This document shows positions 39,101 through 50,200 of a stretch of 64,000 nt of DNA, one piece after another. Under the pieces are notes generated by a model that saw nothing but the letters and a program-made list of their open reading frames with translations, ran no database searches and was not told where the DNA came from. The stretch lies in contig NC_052149.1 of the NCBI RefSeq assembly GCF_902713615.1, positions 87,995,519 through 88,059,518 of the forward strand, given 5' to 3'. Position 1 is the first letter of the stretch; each line of letters begins with the position of its first letter. Made by a program: the position numbers and the translations under genes. Source of the DNA: Scyliorhinus canicula. Its lineage: Eukaryota.

Positions 39101-40884
39101 CCTCCTTAATAATAGATTCCAGCATTTCCCTATGACAGACGTTAAGCTAATTGAAATGAAAAAATGAAAATAGCTTATTGTCACGAGTAGGCTTCAATGA
39201 AGTTACTGTGAAAAGCCCCTAGTCGCTACATTCCGGCGCCTGTCCGGGGAGGCTGGTACGGGAAGTTTCCTACTTTCTGTCTCCTTTTCTTGAATAAAGG
39301 AGTCGCATTCAATGATTTGCAGTCTGACAGGACATTTCCAGAATGTAAGGAATCTTGGAAAATTAAAATCAATGCATCTACTAAGTCAGTAACCACTTCT
39401 TTCAAGACCCTAGATGAAGTCCATTAGGACCTGGAGATTTGTCAATAGCCTTTCCTGGTGATTGTAATTGTTTTAAGTTCCTCCCTCCCTTTTCACCTCT
39501 TTATGCACACTTATTTCTGGGATATTATTTGTACCCTCCACAGTGAAAACAGATGCATTTCCTCACTTTATTTTTTCATTTTTAAATCCTCTGAAAACTC
39601 TTATCTGTTTTTGTATTTCTAGTGAGCTTTCTCTTGTACTCTTAATTTCTCCCCTTCTTAATTTTTTAGTCATATTTTGCTGTTCTTTATATTCTGTCCA
39701 ATCTTATGACCTGCCACACATCTTTGTGAAATTATACACCTTTTTTTTCAATTTGATACTATCTTTAACTTTTTTAATTAGCCGCTGATGTTGCATCCTT
39801 CCCTTGGAGTCTTTGTTTCTCGCTGGAATATATCTTTTGAGTATTCTGTATCTCCTATCACACAAAGCTCTCTGTTGGGTGCCATTATTTAATAAATCAA
39901 CCTCTATGTTTCACATCCATATATGTTGTAAGCCACATTCAGCGTGTCCGCCTATCAACTTCAATAACGTATGTTTGTTAATTTGCCTGCTTTCACTCCT
40001 GAAGATGCGGGTTCTTGCGAAGAAACACTTTGACATATACTTTCTACTGCAGAATTTCTCCCTATTTCCATTTTTGACATATAACCTAGGCAATGAGATG
40101 GATTGACTGAGAGTGGCAATTCTACCCAGATACACCTCCCATCCAAATATAATCTCTGTGCGGCAATCGGCAATCAAGTGCGGAAATTGTGGGGCAGCAC
40201 GGTGACGCAGTGGGTTAGCCCTGCAGCCTCACGACGCTGAGGTCCCAGGTTCGATCCCGGCTCTGGGTCACTGTCCGTGTGGAGTTTGCGCATTCTCCTC
40301 ATGTTTGCATGAGTTTCGCCCCCACAACCCAAAGATGTTTTGGCTAGGTGGATTGGCCACGCTAAATTGCCCCTTAATTGGAAATAATGAATTGGTAACA
40401 CTAAATTAATTTTTTTTAAAGTGTGGAAATTGTGGCTGATCAGCGTTCATTTCTATCTCCTATGCATTGCTGCCATGACATTTTTTTATGAAAGGAAGTA
40501 TTCGACTAATCCATATTCAGCTCCTATTACAATGCCACACCATTCAATTAATTTGTAAAGAAAAAACCTTAAATCCTCATTATGCAAATATTAGAAACCA
40601 TAAATGTAATCAATTTCACTTATTTCGCAGATGGAATAAACAAATTGACCAATATAGGAATTGATGGACTTTCAAATGGTGTCCAAATCATGGAGCCTAT
40701 CAGGATGCAGTTTTACAGAAAAGCCAATAAGGATCTCTGTGCACAATCCACTGTGACTTCTACATTTGGGGCCAGAAAGAGAAATGGTGGCCAAGTTGAA
40801 GTAACTGGTTGTTCTTCCCCTCTTACGAAGCGCAAGCGTGCTGAGCTGACCGTGGATGATTGGGACGTGCTGAATTGTTATTGA
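12351..40884 (+). CDS. LRRC42: Leucine-rich repeat-containing protein 42, complete CDS: join(12351..12814,19185..19316,27645..27763,31485..31573,36456..36569,38471..38546,40631..40884), 415 aa
   Basis: Motifs GPIYVRExGQLH, [65 protein letters not shown] and [10 protein letters not shown] match LRRC42. Phases consistent; 1248 nt. Confidence 0.95.
14240..15600 (+). mobile_element. Degenerate LINE fragment (same family as 6475-7170) with a SINE nested at about 14765-14955
   Basis: RT remnants [39 protein letters not shown]. Confidence 0.7.
15607..16375. mobile_element. Cluster of three SINEs (about 15607-15793 -, 15822-16375 +, nested 16122-16348 -)
   Basis: tRNA heads and V-domains; the nested copy is flanked by the TSD GTGACACTACTA. 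Confidence 0.8.
16554..19158 (+). mobile_element. 5'-truncated L1-like LINE (ORF2 C-terminal half, 3' UTR, polyA)
   Basis: ORF2 motifs [17 protein letters not shown] and GGLALPN, CCHC knuckle; AATAAA at 19138-19143 followed by an A tail; 16-bp TSD AAAAGCAGTGCTTTAT at 16538-16553 and 19159-19174. Confidence 0.92.
17619..18582 (-). mobile_element. Solo LTR (964 bp) nested in the L1
   Basis: TG...CA termini; 4-bp TSD GCAT (17615-17618 and 18583-18586) splits the L1 codons for FWACP; TATA-like and AATAAA motifs on the - strand. Confidence 0.85.
19185..19316 (+). CDS. LRRC42: LRRC42 coding exon 2
   Basis: [43 protein letters not shown]; phase 2-2. Confidence 0.94.
19880..24597 (-). mobile_element. 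Degenerate, near full-length CR1 LINE (ORF1 esterase, EN and RT remnants), interrupted by a SINE and a younger CR1
   Basis: ORF1-like [24 protein letters not shown]; [11 protein letters not shown]...IMGDFN; [17 protein letters not shown] and [13 protein letters not shown]. Confidence 0.85.
22540..24202 (+). mobile_element. Younger 5'-truncated CR1 LINE (RT domain)
   Basis: ORFs 22599-23273 and 23360-24049 with [30 protein letters not shown]; CR1 tail. Confidence 0.92.
24600..27390 (-). mobile_element. L1-like LINE fragments (RT, C-terminal and EN remnants)
   Basis: [45 protein letters not shown], with frameshifts and deletions. Confidence 0.88.
27645..27763 (+). CDS. LRRC42: LRRC42 coding exon 3
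   Basis: [39 protein letters not shown]; acceptor ttgcag, donor gtaagt. Confidence 0.94.
27855..29325 (+). mobile_element. Two tandem L1-like ORF2 C-terminal fragments
   Basis: [31 protein letters not shown] motifs. Confidence 0.8.
30190..30935 (+). mobile_element. DeuSINE (SacSINE1-like) with an HE1-like V-SINE nested at about 30250-30577
   Basis: Deu-domain and tail; the nested SINE ends in the CR1-type tail gaatggcctcc...gattctatg. Confidence 0.75.
31485..31573 (+). CDS. LRRC42: LRRC42 coding exon 4
   Basis: [30 protein letters not shown]; acceptor caccag, donor gtgagg. Confidence 0.92.
31623..32172 (+). mobile_element. Two short A-tailed V-SINEs (about 31623-31858 and 31941-32172)
   Basis: A and B boxes, V-domain, tail aattggg(t/c)actct...aaaa. 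Confidence 0.8.
32420..34181 (-). mobile_element. 5'-truncated L1-like LINE (32622-34181) plus 3'-transduced flank containing a SINE (32427-32621)
   Basis: ORF 32908-34017 is the ORF2 C-terminus; two A tails; 17-bp TSD GCATTTGTTACCTCTTT at 32403-32419 and 34182-34198 encloses both parts; target is an old L2 remnant. Confidence 0.88.
35641..35845 (-). mobile_element. Short A-tailed V-SINE
   Basis: 17-bp TSD CAGCCATCCCTTATTTT at 35624-35640 and 35846-35862. Confidence 0.85.
36456..36569 (+). CDS. LRRC42: LRRC42 coding exon 5
   Basis: [38 protein letters not shown]; acceptor aatag, donor gtactg. Confidence 0.9.
38471..38546 (+). CDS. LRRC42: LRRC42 coding exon 6
   Basis: [25 protein letters not shown]; acceptor cttcag, donor gtaagt. 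Confidence 0.9.
38690..39800 (-). mobile_element. Old CR1 fragments with a small SINE tail insert at about 39150-39265
   Basis: Reverse-strand remnants of [21 protein letters not shown]. Confidence 0.7.
40191..40418 (+). mobile_element. Short A/T-tailed V-SINE
   Basis: 15-bp TSD AAGTG(C/T)GGAAATTGT at 40176-40190 and 40419-40433. Confidence 0.85.
40631..40884 (+). CDS. LRRC42: LRRC42 coding exon 7 (last)
   Basis: YGINKLT...IRMQFYRKA...[13 protein letters not shown]; acceptor ttcgcag. Confidence 0.92.
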
Positions 40885-41135
40885 GGAGAGACCTATCGTC
40901 CTAAAAGAGTTACTCTGCATGCAAGCTATGTGAAAAGGATTTCAGATGATTCACTAGTTAACAAGGCCCGGATGGTTGAATTGCATCATAATTAAAGATT
41001 TCAACATTCATCCTTTGCCTGGCTAAGATGAAAGTATTGCTGGTCAGTTTACAATGTTTCTGATTACACATATTTCTCATCTTGGTTTCTGGAGTTAAAT
41101 TGCTTTTTGAGTTGTATGATAAACGGAAATTGAGA

Positions 41136-41141
41136 AATAAA
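41136..41141 (+). terminator. Candidate LRRC42 polyadenylation signal
   Basis: AATAAA about 250 nt after the stop codon. Confidence 0.4.
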
Positions 41142-43705
41142 TTTTTTAAAGTTGTGCAAGATGAATCCCGCTGACAGTCCCTCAATTGCCAATTTTCCTT
41201 TATTCTGTGAGTGTCAGCCTCCTTTTCTCTTTATTTTCATGAGCTTCCTTTTCTCTTTATTTTCATGTCGCATAAATGAAAATAGCTTGCCGATAAGTCC
41301 ACAGCAGCCCATGGATGTTCACTCCTCTTGCTGGCCCTCTGTGTAGTGTTTCTCTGTGGTGACTAAAATCAGAGATTGGATGGGGAGGAGGGAATTAAAC
41401 CTCATCTCAGTACAACAGTGGCAATAAATGTTGATGTCTTTTCAGCATTTAGTCATTTCTAAGGGTTACCATGCACATTTATTTTGTGATACTTTCCTTT
41501 CTGAACAAGCGGAAGTAACTCTTGTACATGATGTTCAGAAAATTGATCCTGCTTGGAGAAGGATCCAGGATCGGATTCAGCCACAGACAACTAATGATCT
41601 GAAACCATTTACTTAACTTGAAAACCATTAGTAAGAAACCCACTGAGCCTATTTCCATCCTGCCTTGTCAGTGCTCACTAAAAGCAATACAAGCAAAACC
41701 AGTGGAATAAAGATATTTGCAAATAAACCCTGAGGTGGCAGCACTTGGACGTTGCCGATTGAATCTGGGTAGATGTGAAATAAAGAAATAGGTGATCTGA
41801 GGTTTTTGAAAGTCGTTCAAAAGTTTGATGCCCTGGAGGATGGTTTCATTTCATATAAACTTCTGTTGTTTCTGAATAAATGTGAATTAAACCGCATGGC
41901 AAAAAAATTGTTGTAAACATTTTGGGAATGGTAGCCTGCTATTACATTATCAGGGGACAGGTTTGTGCAGTGAGTTAGCACGTTGTACTTTCACCTGAGA
42001 TAGAGGTTAAAATCGGAGTTGGACTGATGAGATAAAAGTCCCTTCTCTTTGCCAGCTGTGTGTGTCATCCATTAAATTAAGTTGAGTAGTTTAGAAATTG
42101 CCGATTAGTTTTAATTTCAGAAGGTTTATGTGTGAAATAGAAAGACTTGTCCTGGTACAAAATTCTCCTTTGGACAGAGAAGATTTAGAAGAAATTTGAT
42201 GTGTTCAAAATCATGAAGGATTTTGATAAGTAAATAAGGAGAAACTGCTTCCAGTGCCAGAAAAGTCAGTAATCAGAGGTTACTGTTGTCTACAACTTTG
42301 ACCAGTTTATACTAAAATTTGTTTACCCAGGTGCTCTTGCCCATAAGACCATAAGACATAGGAGCAGAATTAGGCCACTCGGCCCATCGAGTCTGCTCCA
42401 TCATTCAATCATGCCTGATGTTTTTCTCAGCCCCATTCTCCTGCCTTCTCCCGATAACCCCTGATCCCCATATGAATCAAGAACCTATTTATCTCTGTCT
42501 TAAAGACACACAGTGATTTGGCCTCCACGGCCGGCAGCTTTCCACAATAATTCCATTGTCACGAACCACACATGGTATCAGTGAGGATATCCCAACTTGG
42601 AACATCGGTTCATGGGCATGTATACTTAAGTGAAGCCCCAGTGAGATTAACATGCCCAGTCGTTGTGTAACAATTATTGATGATTATTCATTAAATTAGA
42701 GACAAATATACACAAACAGGTCAACCGTATTCTAGGACAACTAAGTATACGAATCACTAAACACACAGTTTATGTAGAACGTACCTCTTGTTCCAAACTA
42801 TATCTAGATTCCTGAACTCCTTAAGACTTCCCCTTTCTTAAACAGCATCCAAATTTAAGTCAATCTAGAAGTCAGATCCAGTTTATAATTGCCACACAAT
42901 ACAGTGCGGATAGTCAAGTCTGGGAAACGTCTTTTCCTGGTCCAGCAAAGATAGTTAAATTGCCTTTACGAAAGGTTTCTGCACGACCTTCGCTCTAAGA
43001 CTTAGGTGCTAGCCTAATTTCCTGGCTGTTAGATTTCAAACTCGCCTCTCCGTCTGTTAGTGTATACTGCCTCTCTGCTTCTAGGGTGCTGGCAACTATT
43101 TATCATTTGTCTAGCCACCTACATCTTGTTACTTTTAGAATTGCATCTCACTGTGCCTCTTGAATACTAGCTACTGTTATCACTAGGCAGATTTCTACCT
43201 GTTGCTGGGCAGACCCATGCTACCTGTTGCTGGGCAGATCGCATTCTATCATGCCTTGTTACATTTGCGTTAGTGCTGTTACTAGACAGGTTTCTACCTG
43301 TTGCTGGATAGATTCATGATGCCACCAATCACACACATCTAGCTGTACAAATTCTACTCACATTTTTAAAAGCTTCATTAAATGCTGTTTTATTTTCTAA
43401 TCTGCTTATCTAATATTTTTACTATCATTTACCATCAAAAGATACAAATCCATTACATGAAATGTCTTATTTCAAATAAACTTTACAATACAAAAAAACA
43501 TGTAATTGTGACATAGCTGAAACTTAGTAATAGTAAACAAGGAGAAAACATTTGCACAAATCAATGGAGCTTGATCAACATTGGATTCTGTTGAGTATTG
43601 ATAACCTTTTAATGTACAATATTGAACAACCTGATCACAAAGCAGCATTAGGGAGATTGGCAAACGTGTAATTCTGGAGCTGTTAGGTTAACAGCTGAAA
43701 GACAT

Positions 43706-43897
43706 TGGACTGTATTCTCCGGTCCCCCAGTCGTGTGTTTCTTGGCAGCACGCTGTTCGCTGGCAGCTGGATTCTCTCTTCCCGCCACTTGTCACTGGAA
43801 CTTCCCATTGAAGCCATCCCATGCCACAGGGAAACCTACAGGCGGGGTTGCACTGCTGGTGGAAACAGAGAATCTCAACGGCCAGAGAATTCCAGCC
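43706..43897. mobile_element. Short MITE (Harbinger-like) near the LDLRAD1 3' end
   Basis: Imperfect TIRs ggactgtattctccggtc and gccagagaattccagcc. Confidence 0.5.
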
Positions 43898-44077
43898 GTT
43901 GTGTGTGTATGCAATGCAATGCTGCTTTTTCCAAAGCCATCTGCAGATCAAAGATTAATTTCTCAGGTAAATGAACCATAAAATGATAAGTATGTTGTCC
44001 TGGTTTAGTAATATGGTGTTCTTGTTAGTCAGGCTGTCATTTCCCTTTGTGACGTTTTTTGGAACCCACTTCTGATA

Positions 44078-44226
44078 TTAGTTTGCAGCACAGGTGTACT
44101 CGTCTGACCAATCCACACAGTGCTGAACATTATCCCTGCACAGTTGTCTGGGAATGCAGTTACAGTATTGAGAGACAACAGATTCGCAATTCCAGTACTG
44201 TGGCCCACATGGAGGACAGTCAGACA
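44078..44226 (-). CDS. LDLRAD1: LDLRAD1 coding exon 6 (last)
   Basis: SDCPPCGPQYWNCESVVSQYCNCIPRQLCRDNVQHCVDWSDEYTCAAN*; acceptor ttttttcag. Confidence 0.94.
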
Positions 44227-47200
44227 CTGAAAAAAAATATAAAGAGCAAAAAATAGTCAAGATTGTATGACACTGAAAATATTAAAATCAAATAGGTGTT
44301 TTGGTAGTAGAGAACTTGTGTTGCTGAAAAAAGGCATACAGTCAAAGCTTTTCATTTTGCAGTCATCAGGATAGATTCACAAGAATACTAACTAAAAGGA
44401 ACTACAATTTATGTTACGTGAGATGTGTGCTGATTGGTTGGCAAATGGACCCTGATTGGTAGAGATGTTGCCAGAGTGCACCAGGGAACAGTTAACTTTC
44501 AAGGTTTTGTTTAAATTCAAAAGAGGCAAGGTGATTCTGATAGGTCAAGGCATTGTCCTGAGGAATGAACCAGGGACTGACCGACTCCCAAGCTTTTGAT
44601 TAATTGAAAAATACAGTGTGGCTTAATTATGAGTGCGAGGAGCTAAATATATTCACAGAGGGCTCTGCCCTTTGTAGACAGAAAGAAAATGTCCACACAT
44701 TGCACCTTTTTCAACTAAATAAAATATAGGGGACAGCCATTCCCTGGTTCATTAACCTGCTTGGTTTGAACTGAACAAAAGGTTGGCAGTTAACTACCCT
44801 GATGCATCCTCTATGGCGATGCCTCTACCAATCAGTGTCCACTTGTAAATCAGCACTCCCTTCTAATGAAATATGAATTGTTCTTCCTTTTATAATTGGT
44901 ATTCCTGCAAATCTGTCCTGATGAGTGCAAGACAAAAACTTTGACAGCATGTCTTTTTTCAGCAAATTTAAATCAGTACATATTAGGGACATATAAATAT
45001 GGGAAATTTACTGCATAATAGGATTAGATACACTGTAAAGTTCCCTTTGCTCTACCCTGGAATAGGAGGCAGTCACAACCTCCAGTGCCCACTGCCCTGG
45101 TCTCTTATTTCTCTGTTTCCTCCACCAGCCCTACATAGTCTGATGGATCTTGCTGGTGAGTGAGATTGCCATTTCCTTTTTTATTAAATCCCCCCCCCCC
45201 CCCCCCCCCCGAAGTATTGCTACCTTTCTGCACCTACTACAGTATTAGTTTTGAAGTAACTGCTGCCTCCAGAGGTTTCAGACCCACTGAAGCAATTAAC
45301 AGCTCCAGATGTAGCTCCAAAAATAAAGGTAATTACAGGCGCATGAGGGAGGAACTGACGAAAATTGACTGGAAGCAGAGCCTAGTGGGAAAGACAGTAG
45401 AACAGCAATGGCAGGAGTTTCTGGGAGTAATTGAGGACACAGTGCAGAGGTTCATCCCAAAGAAAAGAAAGGTTATCAGAGGGAGGATTAGGCAGCCATG
45501 GCTGACAAAGGAAGTCAGGGAATGCATCAAGGCAAAAGAGAGAGCCTATAATGTGGCAAAGAGTAGTGGGAAGTCAGAAGATTGGGAAGGCTACAAAAAC
45601 AAACAGAGGATAACAAAGAGAGAAATAAGGAAGGAGAGGATCAAATATGAAGGTAGGCTAGCCAGTAACATTAGGAATGATAGTAAAAGTTTCTTTAAAT
45701 ACATTAAAAACAAACGGGAGGCAAAAGTAGACATTGGGCCGCTCCAAAATGACGCTGGTAATCTAGTGATGGGAGACAAGGAAATAGCTGAGGAACTTAA
45801 TAAGTACTTTGCGTCAGTCTTCACAGTAGAAGACATGAGTAATATCCCAACAATTCAGGAAAGTCAGGGGGCAGAGTTGAATATGGTTGCCATCACAAAG
45901 GAGAAGGTGCTAGAGAAACTAAAAGGTCTGAAAATTGATAAATCTCCGGGCCCAGATGGGCTACATCCTAGAGTTCTAAAGGAGATAGCTGAAGAAATAG
46001 TGGAGGCGTTAGTTATGATCTTTCAAAAGTCACTGGAATCAGGGAAAGTCCCAGAGGATTGGAAAATCGCTGTTCAAGAAGGGAACAAGAAAAAAGATGG
46101 AAAATTATAGGCCAATTAGCCTAACCTCGGTTGTTGGCAAAATTCTAGAATCCATCGTTAAGGATGAGATTTCTAAATTCTTGGAAGTGCAGGGTCGGAT
46201 TAGGACAAGTCAGCATGGATTTAGTAAGGGGAGGTCGTGCCTGACAAACCTGTTAGAGTTCTTTGAAGAGATAACAAATAGGTTAGACCAAGGAGAGCCA
46301 ATGGATGTTATCTATCTTGACTTCCAAAAGGCCTTTGACAAGGTGCCTCACGGGAGACTGCTGAGTAAAATAAGGGCCCATGGTATTCGAGGCAAGGTAC
46401 TAACATGGATTGACGATTGGCTGTCAGACAGAAGGCAGAGAGTTGGGATAAAAAGTTCTTTTTCGGAATGGCAACCGGTGACAAGTGGTGTCCCGCAGGG
46501 TTCAGTGTTGGGGCCACAGCTGTTCTCTTTATATATTAACGATCTAGATGACGGGACTGGGGGCATTCTGGCCAAGTTTGCCGATGATACAAAGATAAGT
46601 GGAGGGGCAGGTAGTATTGAGGAGGTGGGGAGGCTGCAGAAAGATTTAGACAGTTTAGGAGAATGGTCCAAGAAGTGGCTGATGAAATTCAACGTGGGCA
46701 AGTGCGAGGTCTTGCACTTTGGAAAAAAGAATAGAGGCATGGACTATTTTCTAAACGGTGACAAAATTCATAATGCTAAAGTGCAAAGGGACTTGGGAGT
46801 CCTAGTCCAGGATTCTCTAAAGGTAAACTTGCAGGTTGAGTCCGTAATTAAGAAAGCAAATGTAATGTTGTCATTTATCTCAAGAGGCTTGGAATATAAA
46901 AGCAGGGATGTACTTCTGAGGCTTTATAAAGCACTAGTTAGGCCCCATTTAGAATACTGTGAGCAATCTTGGGCCCCATACCTCAGGAAGGACATACTGG
47001 CACTGGAGCGGGTCCAGCGGAGATTCACACGGATGATCCCAGGAATGGTAGGCCTAACATACGATGAACGTCTGAGGATCGTGGGATTATATTCATTGGA
47101 GTTCAGGAGGTTGAGGGGAGATCTAATAGAAACATACAAGATAATGAATGGCTTGGATAGGATGGACGTAGGGAAGTTGTTTCCATTAGCAGGGGAGACT

Positions 47201-50200
47201 AGGACGCGGGGGCACAGCCTTAGAATAAAAGGGAGTCACTTTAGAACAGAGATGAGGAGAAATTTCTTCAGCCAGAGAGTGGTAGGTCTGTGGAATTCAT
47301 TGCCACAGAGGGCGGTGGAGGCCGGGACATTGAGTGTCTTTAAGACAGAAATTGATAAATTCTTGATTTCTCGAGAAATTAAGGGCTATGGGGAGAGAGC
47401 AGGTAAATGGAGTTGAAATCAACCATGATTGAATGGTGGAGTGGACTCGATGGGCCGAATGGCCTTACTTCCACTCCTATGTCTTATGGTCTTATGCAGC
47501 ACCGCCCCCCAAGGGCAACTTAAGCAGAGGCAAATATGTTTCCTGACTGCTGGTGGGTTGGCCAATTAAGCCTATCTAAAGGATCTTATTGTCATTGGCC
47601 CACATGTACTTTCCCCATCCAAGGTATAACTGACCCGAAACCGTGGACTGTTACATAAACAATTGTAAATCCACAAATGTTCGCCCCTTCCAGCTGCTGT
47701 TGAACGTGCAATGTAAAGGATAGTTTCAAATTCACGAAAAATCTGAAACAATATTTGTACTGCTTTCTTAAAACAACTTTGCACCATAAACACAAAATCT
47801 AACAAACTCTAAGGCAGAGGAAAGTCTAATACTATTGATTTACTAGACGCTGGTACGAATTTATGCTCACAGGGCCCAGATTCATCCGAGCAATCTCCAC
47901 AGTTGTTGAACCCATTGCACACTTGATCCGTGTAAACCCACGAGCTAGGATTGCCACATCTGAACACAAGATAGCTCGGCAGATTGTGCGGCAAGTCACC
48001 TGGCAGGACAGAGCAGGGCATCAGCTGAAGTCACTTAAAAACTAAATTTAAATACAAACTGAAAACTACAATAGATACCTACTGCACATTGCAGGTTCCT
48101 TATTCGCAGCATCCAAGCAATCTTTGATCTGGTGACAAACTTGAGAAGGTTGCAAACAGGTGATGCTGTTGTCACACAGGAATCCGGAGTGATTATTTGC
48201 AGTTAAGCAAAATCTGCTCTCTGGAAAATATATATTTTGAATTTTAACATTGTTTACTCTTCCAACCTCTTCCTGCAACTCGAAAAAGGTGGAATTTCCT
48301 CTTGAAGCATTTTACACTTTGCGCCAAAGGAAGTACCAACAAAGAAGTATGGCAAAACAAAAGATAACTCTGGAGCTAAATTACAAAATCCAAAGATCAT
48401 CCCTGTAGTTTGATGTCTTGACATCAATCAGCGCAGACAGATGAGGCAACAGTTACGGTCAACAGGTCAAGAACACGAATGAAAAAAAAACTGAAACACA
48501 TATTTTGTCCTGGTCACTATCCTTTCACTGTTGCTGGATGTGCACATGGAGACTGAGTGATAGCAGGATTGTTCTAGTTTTTGATACAGCCCATGATAGT
48601 ACAGACACTCAATAATGTATTGAAAGGCTGCCCTTTGAACGAAGCTCTTGATAGCTAAGAGAGTGAATACCACAAGTGAAAAACATCTTATTTTAAGCGC
48701 ATTGCAAGATGGTGACAGCAATTAGGTCGAGGGACGTGAGACCAAGGGCTTGCGCAGTGAAGCGCAACACAAACTGGAGGAACAACATCTCATCTTCCGG
48801 TTAGGCACGCTACAGCCTTCCGGCCTGAACATCAAATTCAACAACTTCAGATGATCAGCCCCACCTCGACCCATTTGTTTTCATTTCATTTTAACTGTCT
48901 TTTACCATTTCTTTCTTTCCTGCACCTTTCTCCTCTTTGCTTCCCCCTTCCCCTCCACCTACAGTTCATCCTCTGATGTTAGTTTCCCTGCTGTTTGACC
49001 TTTCACATCTTTTGTCCTCTCTGGGGACTGCCATTAGCACTCTTCCCCCTTGGTTTCTGGCTGGGTTTCTGTGGCTATGACTCATCTTTCATTCTCACTC
49101 CACAGTATAAATATTTCCCACTCTCTCTGTCTGTTAGCTTTGACAAAGAGTCATCGGACTCAAAACGTTAGCTCTTTTCTCTCCCTACAGATGCTGCCAG
49201 ACTTGCTGAGATTTTCCAGCATTGTCCCTTTCGTTTCAGATTCCAGCATCCGCAGTAATTTTCTTTTATCAAGGGCTTGCGCCCTGTGAGTGGGATGACT
49301 ATGTGTTCACAAGCACTGTGGCTTGGAGTTTCTGCTAGGAATACAATCAGCACAATGTACCCATCACTGCACCAGTTATGCAAAGCAAAGTTACATTCGG
49401 GTTTCCACACAAATTAACGTGGCCTGAAAATAAAATCTCTCATGGCTCAGTTCAATTAAGCAGTGTGATCAATCATTGTCAATTTGAGACTGAAACACGG
49501 CATTCTCCAGCATCACAAAGAGGGAGTGGAATTGCCAGGAAATGAGTCATTCCCTTAAACTGACTGATTTAATACTCTTGACCTTAGTTTTCAATTGGCT
49601 GTGATTAATTAACTGCTTTGATCAATGCTTTGTGCACAATTCCTGTGACCAGCAGTCAACTGAAGTCACAAAAGTGTGCCCTGCTCTGCTGCCATTTATT
49701 CAGTTCATGCTGTTAGGATATTGCGGACCAAACCCCGGTTTTTGTTAGGATACCAGACGAGAATCTTGGGTAGGGTGTGCGGACAGTCTGGGTCATCTTG
49801 ACATCGAAAAGGAGGAGGCATTGGGTCTTCTAAATGACGTTAATGGTAGATAAATCTCCTGGGCCAGGTGGGATTTACCCCAGAATACTGAGGGAAGCAA
49901 GGGAGGAAATTGCTGGGGCCTTGACTGACATCCTTGTATCCTACAGGTTGAGTTGGCTACAGTTGAGATCCCAGAGGACTGGAGAATAGCTAATGTGGTA
50001 CCGCTGTTTAAAAAAGGTAGCAGGGTTAATCCAGGAAACTATAGGCCAGTGAGCCTCATGTCGGTAGTAGTTAAATTATTGGAAAGAATTCTCAGGGATA
50101 GGATTTATACCCATTTGGAAACAAATGGATTCACTAACGATAGCATGGTTTTGTGAAGGGGTCGTGCCTCACTAACTTGATCAAATTTTTTGAGGAGGTG

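Noticed and set aside
40946-40956. GCCCGGATG resembling the 5' end of tRNA-Sec
   Set aside because: Only 9 nt match and no cloverleaf follows
42557-43460. LTR-like insert starting TGTCACG with three copies of ctacctgttgctgg-aga
   Set aside because: A 3' CA end with a matching TSD could not be fixed, so it was not called
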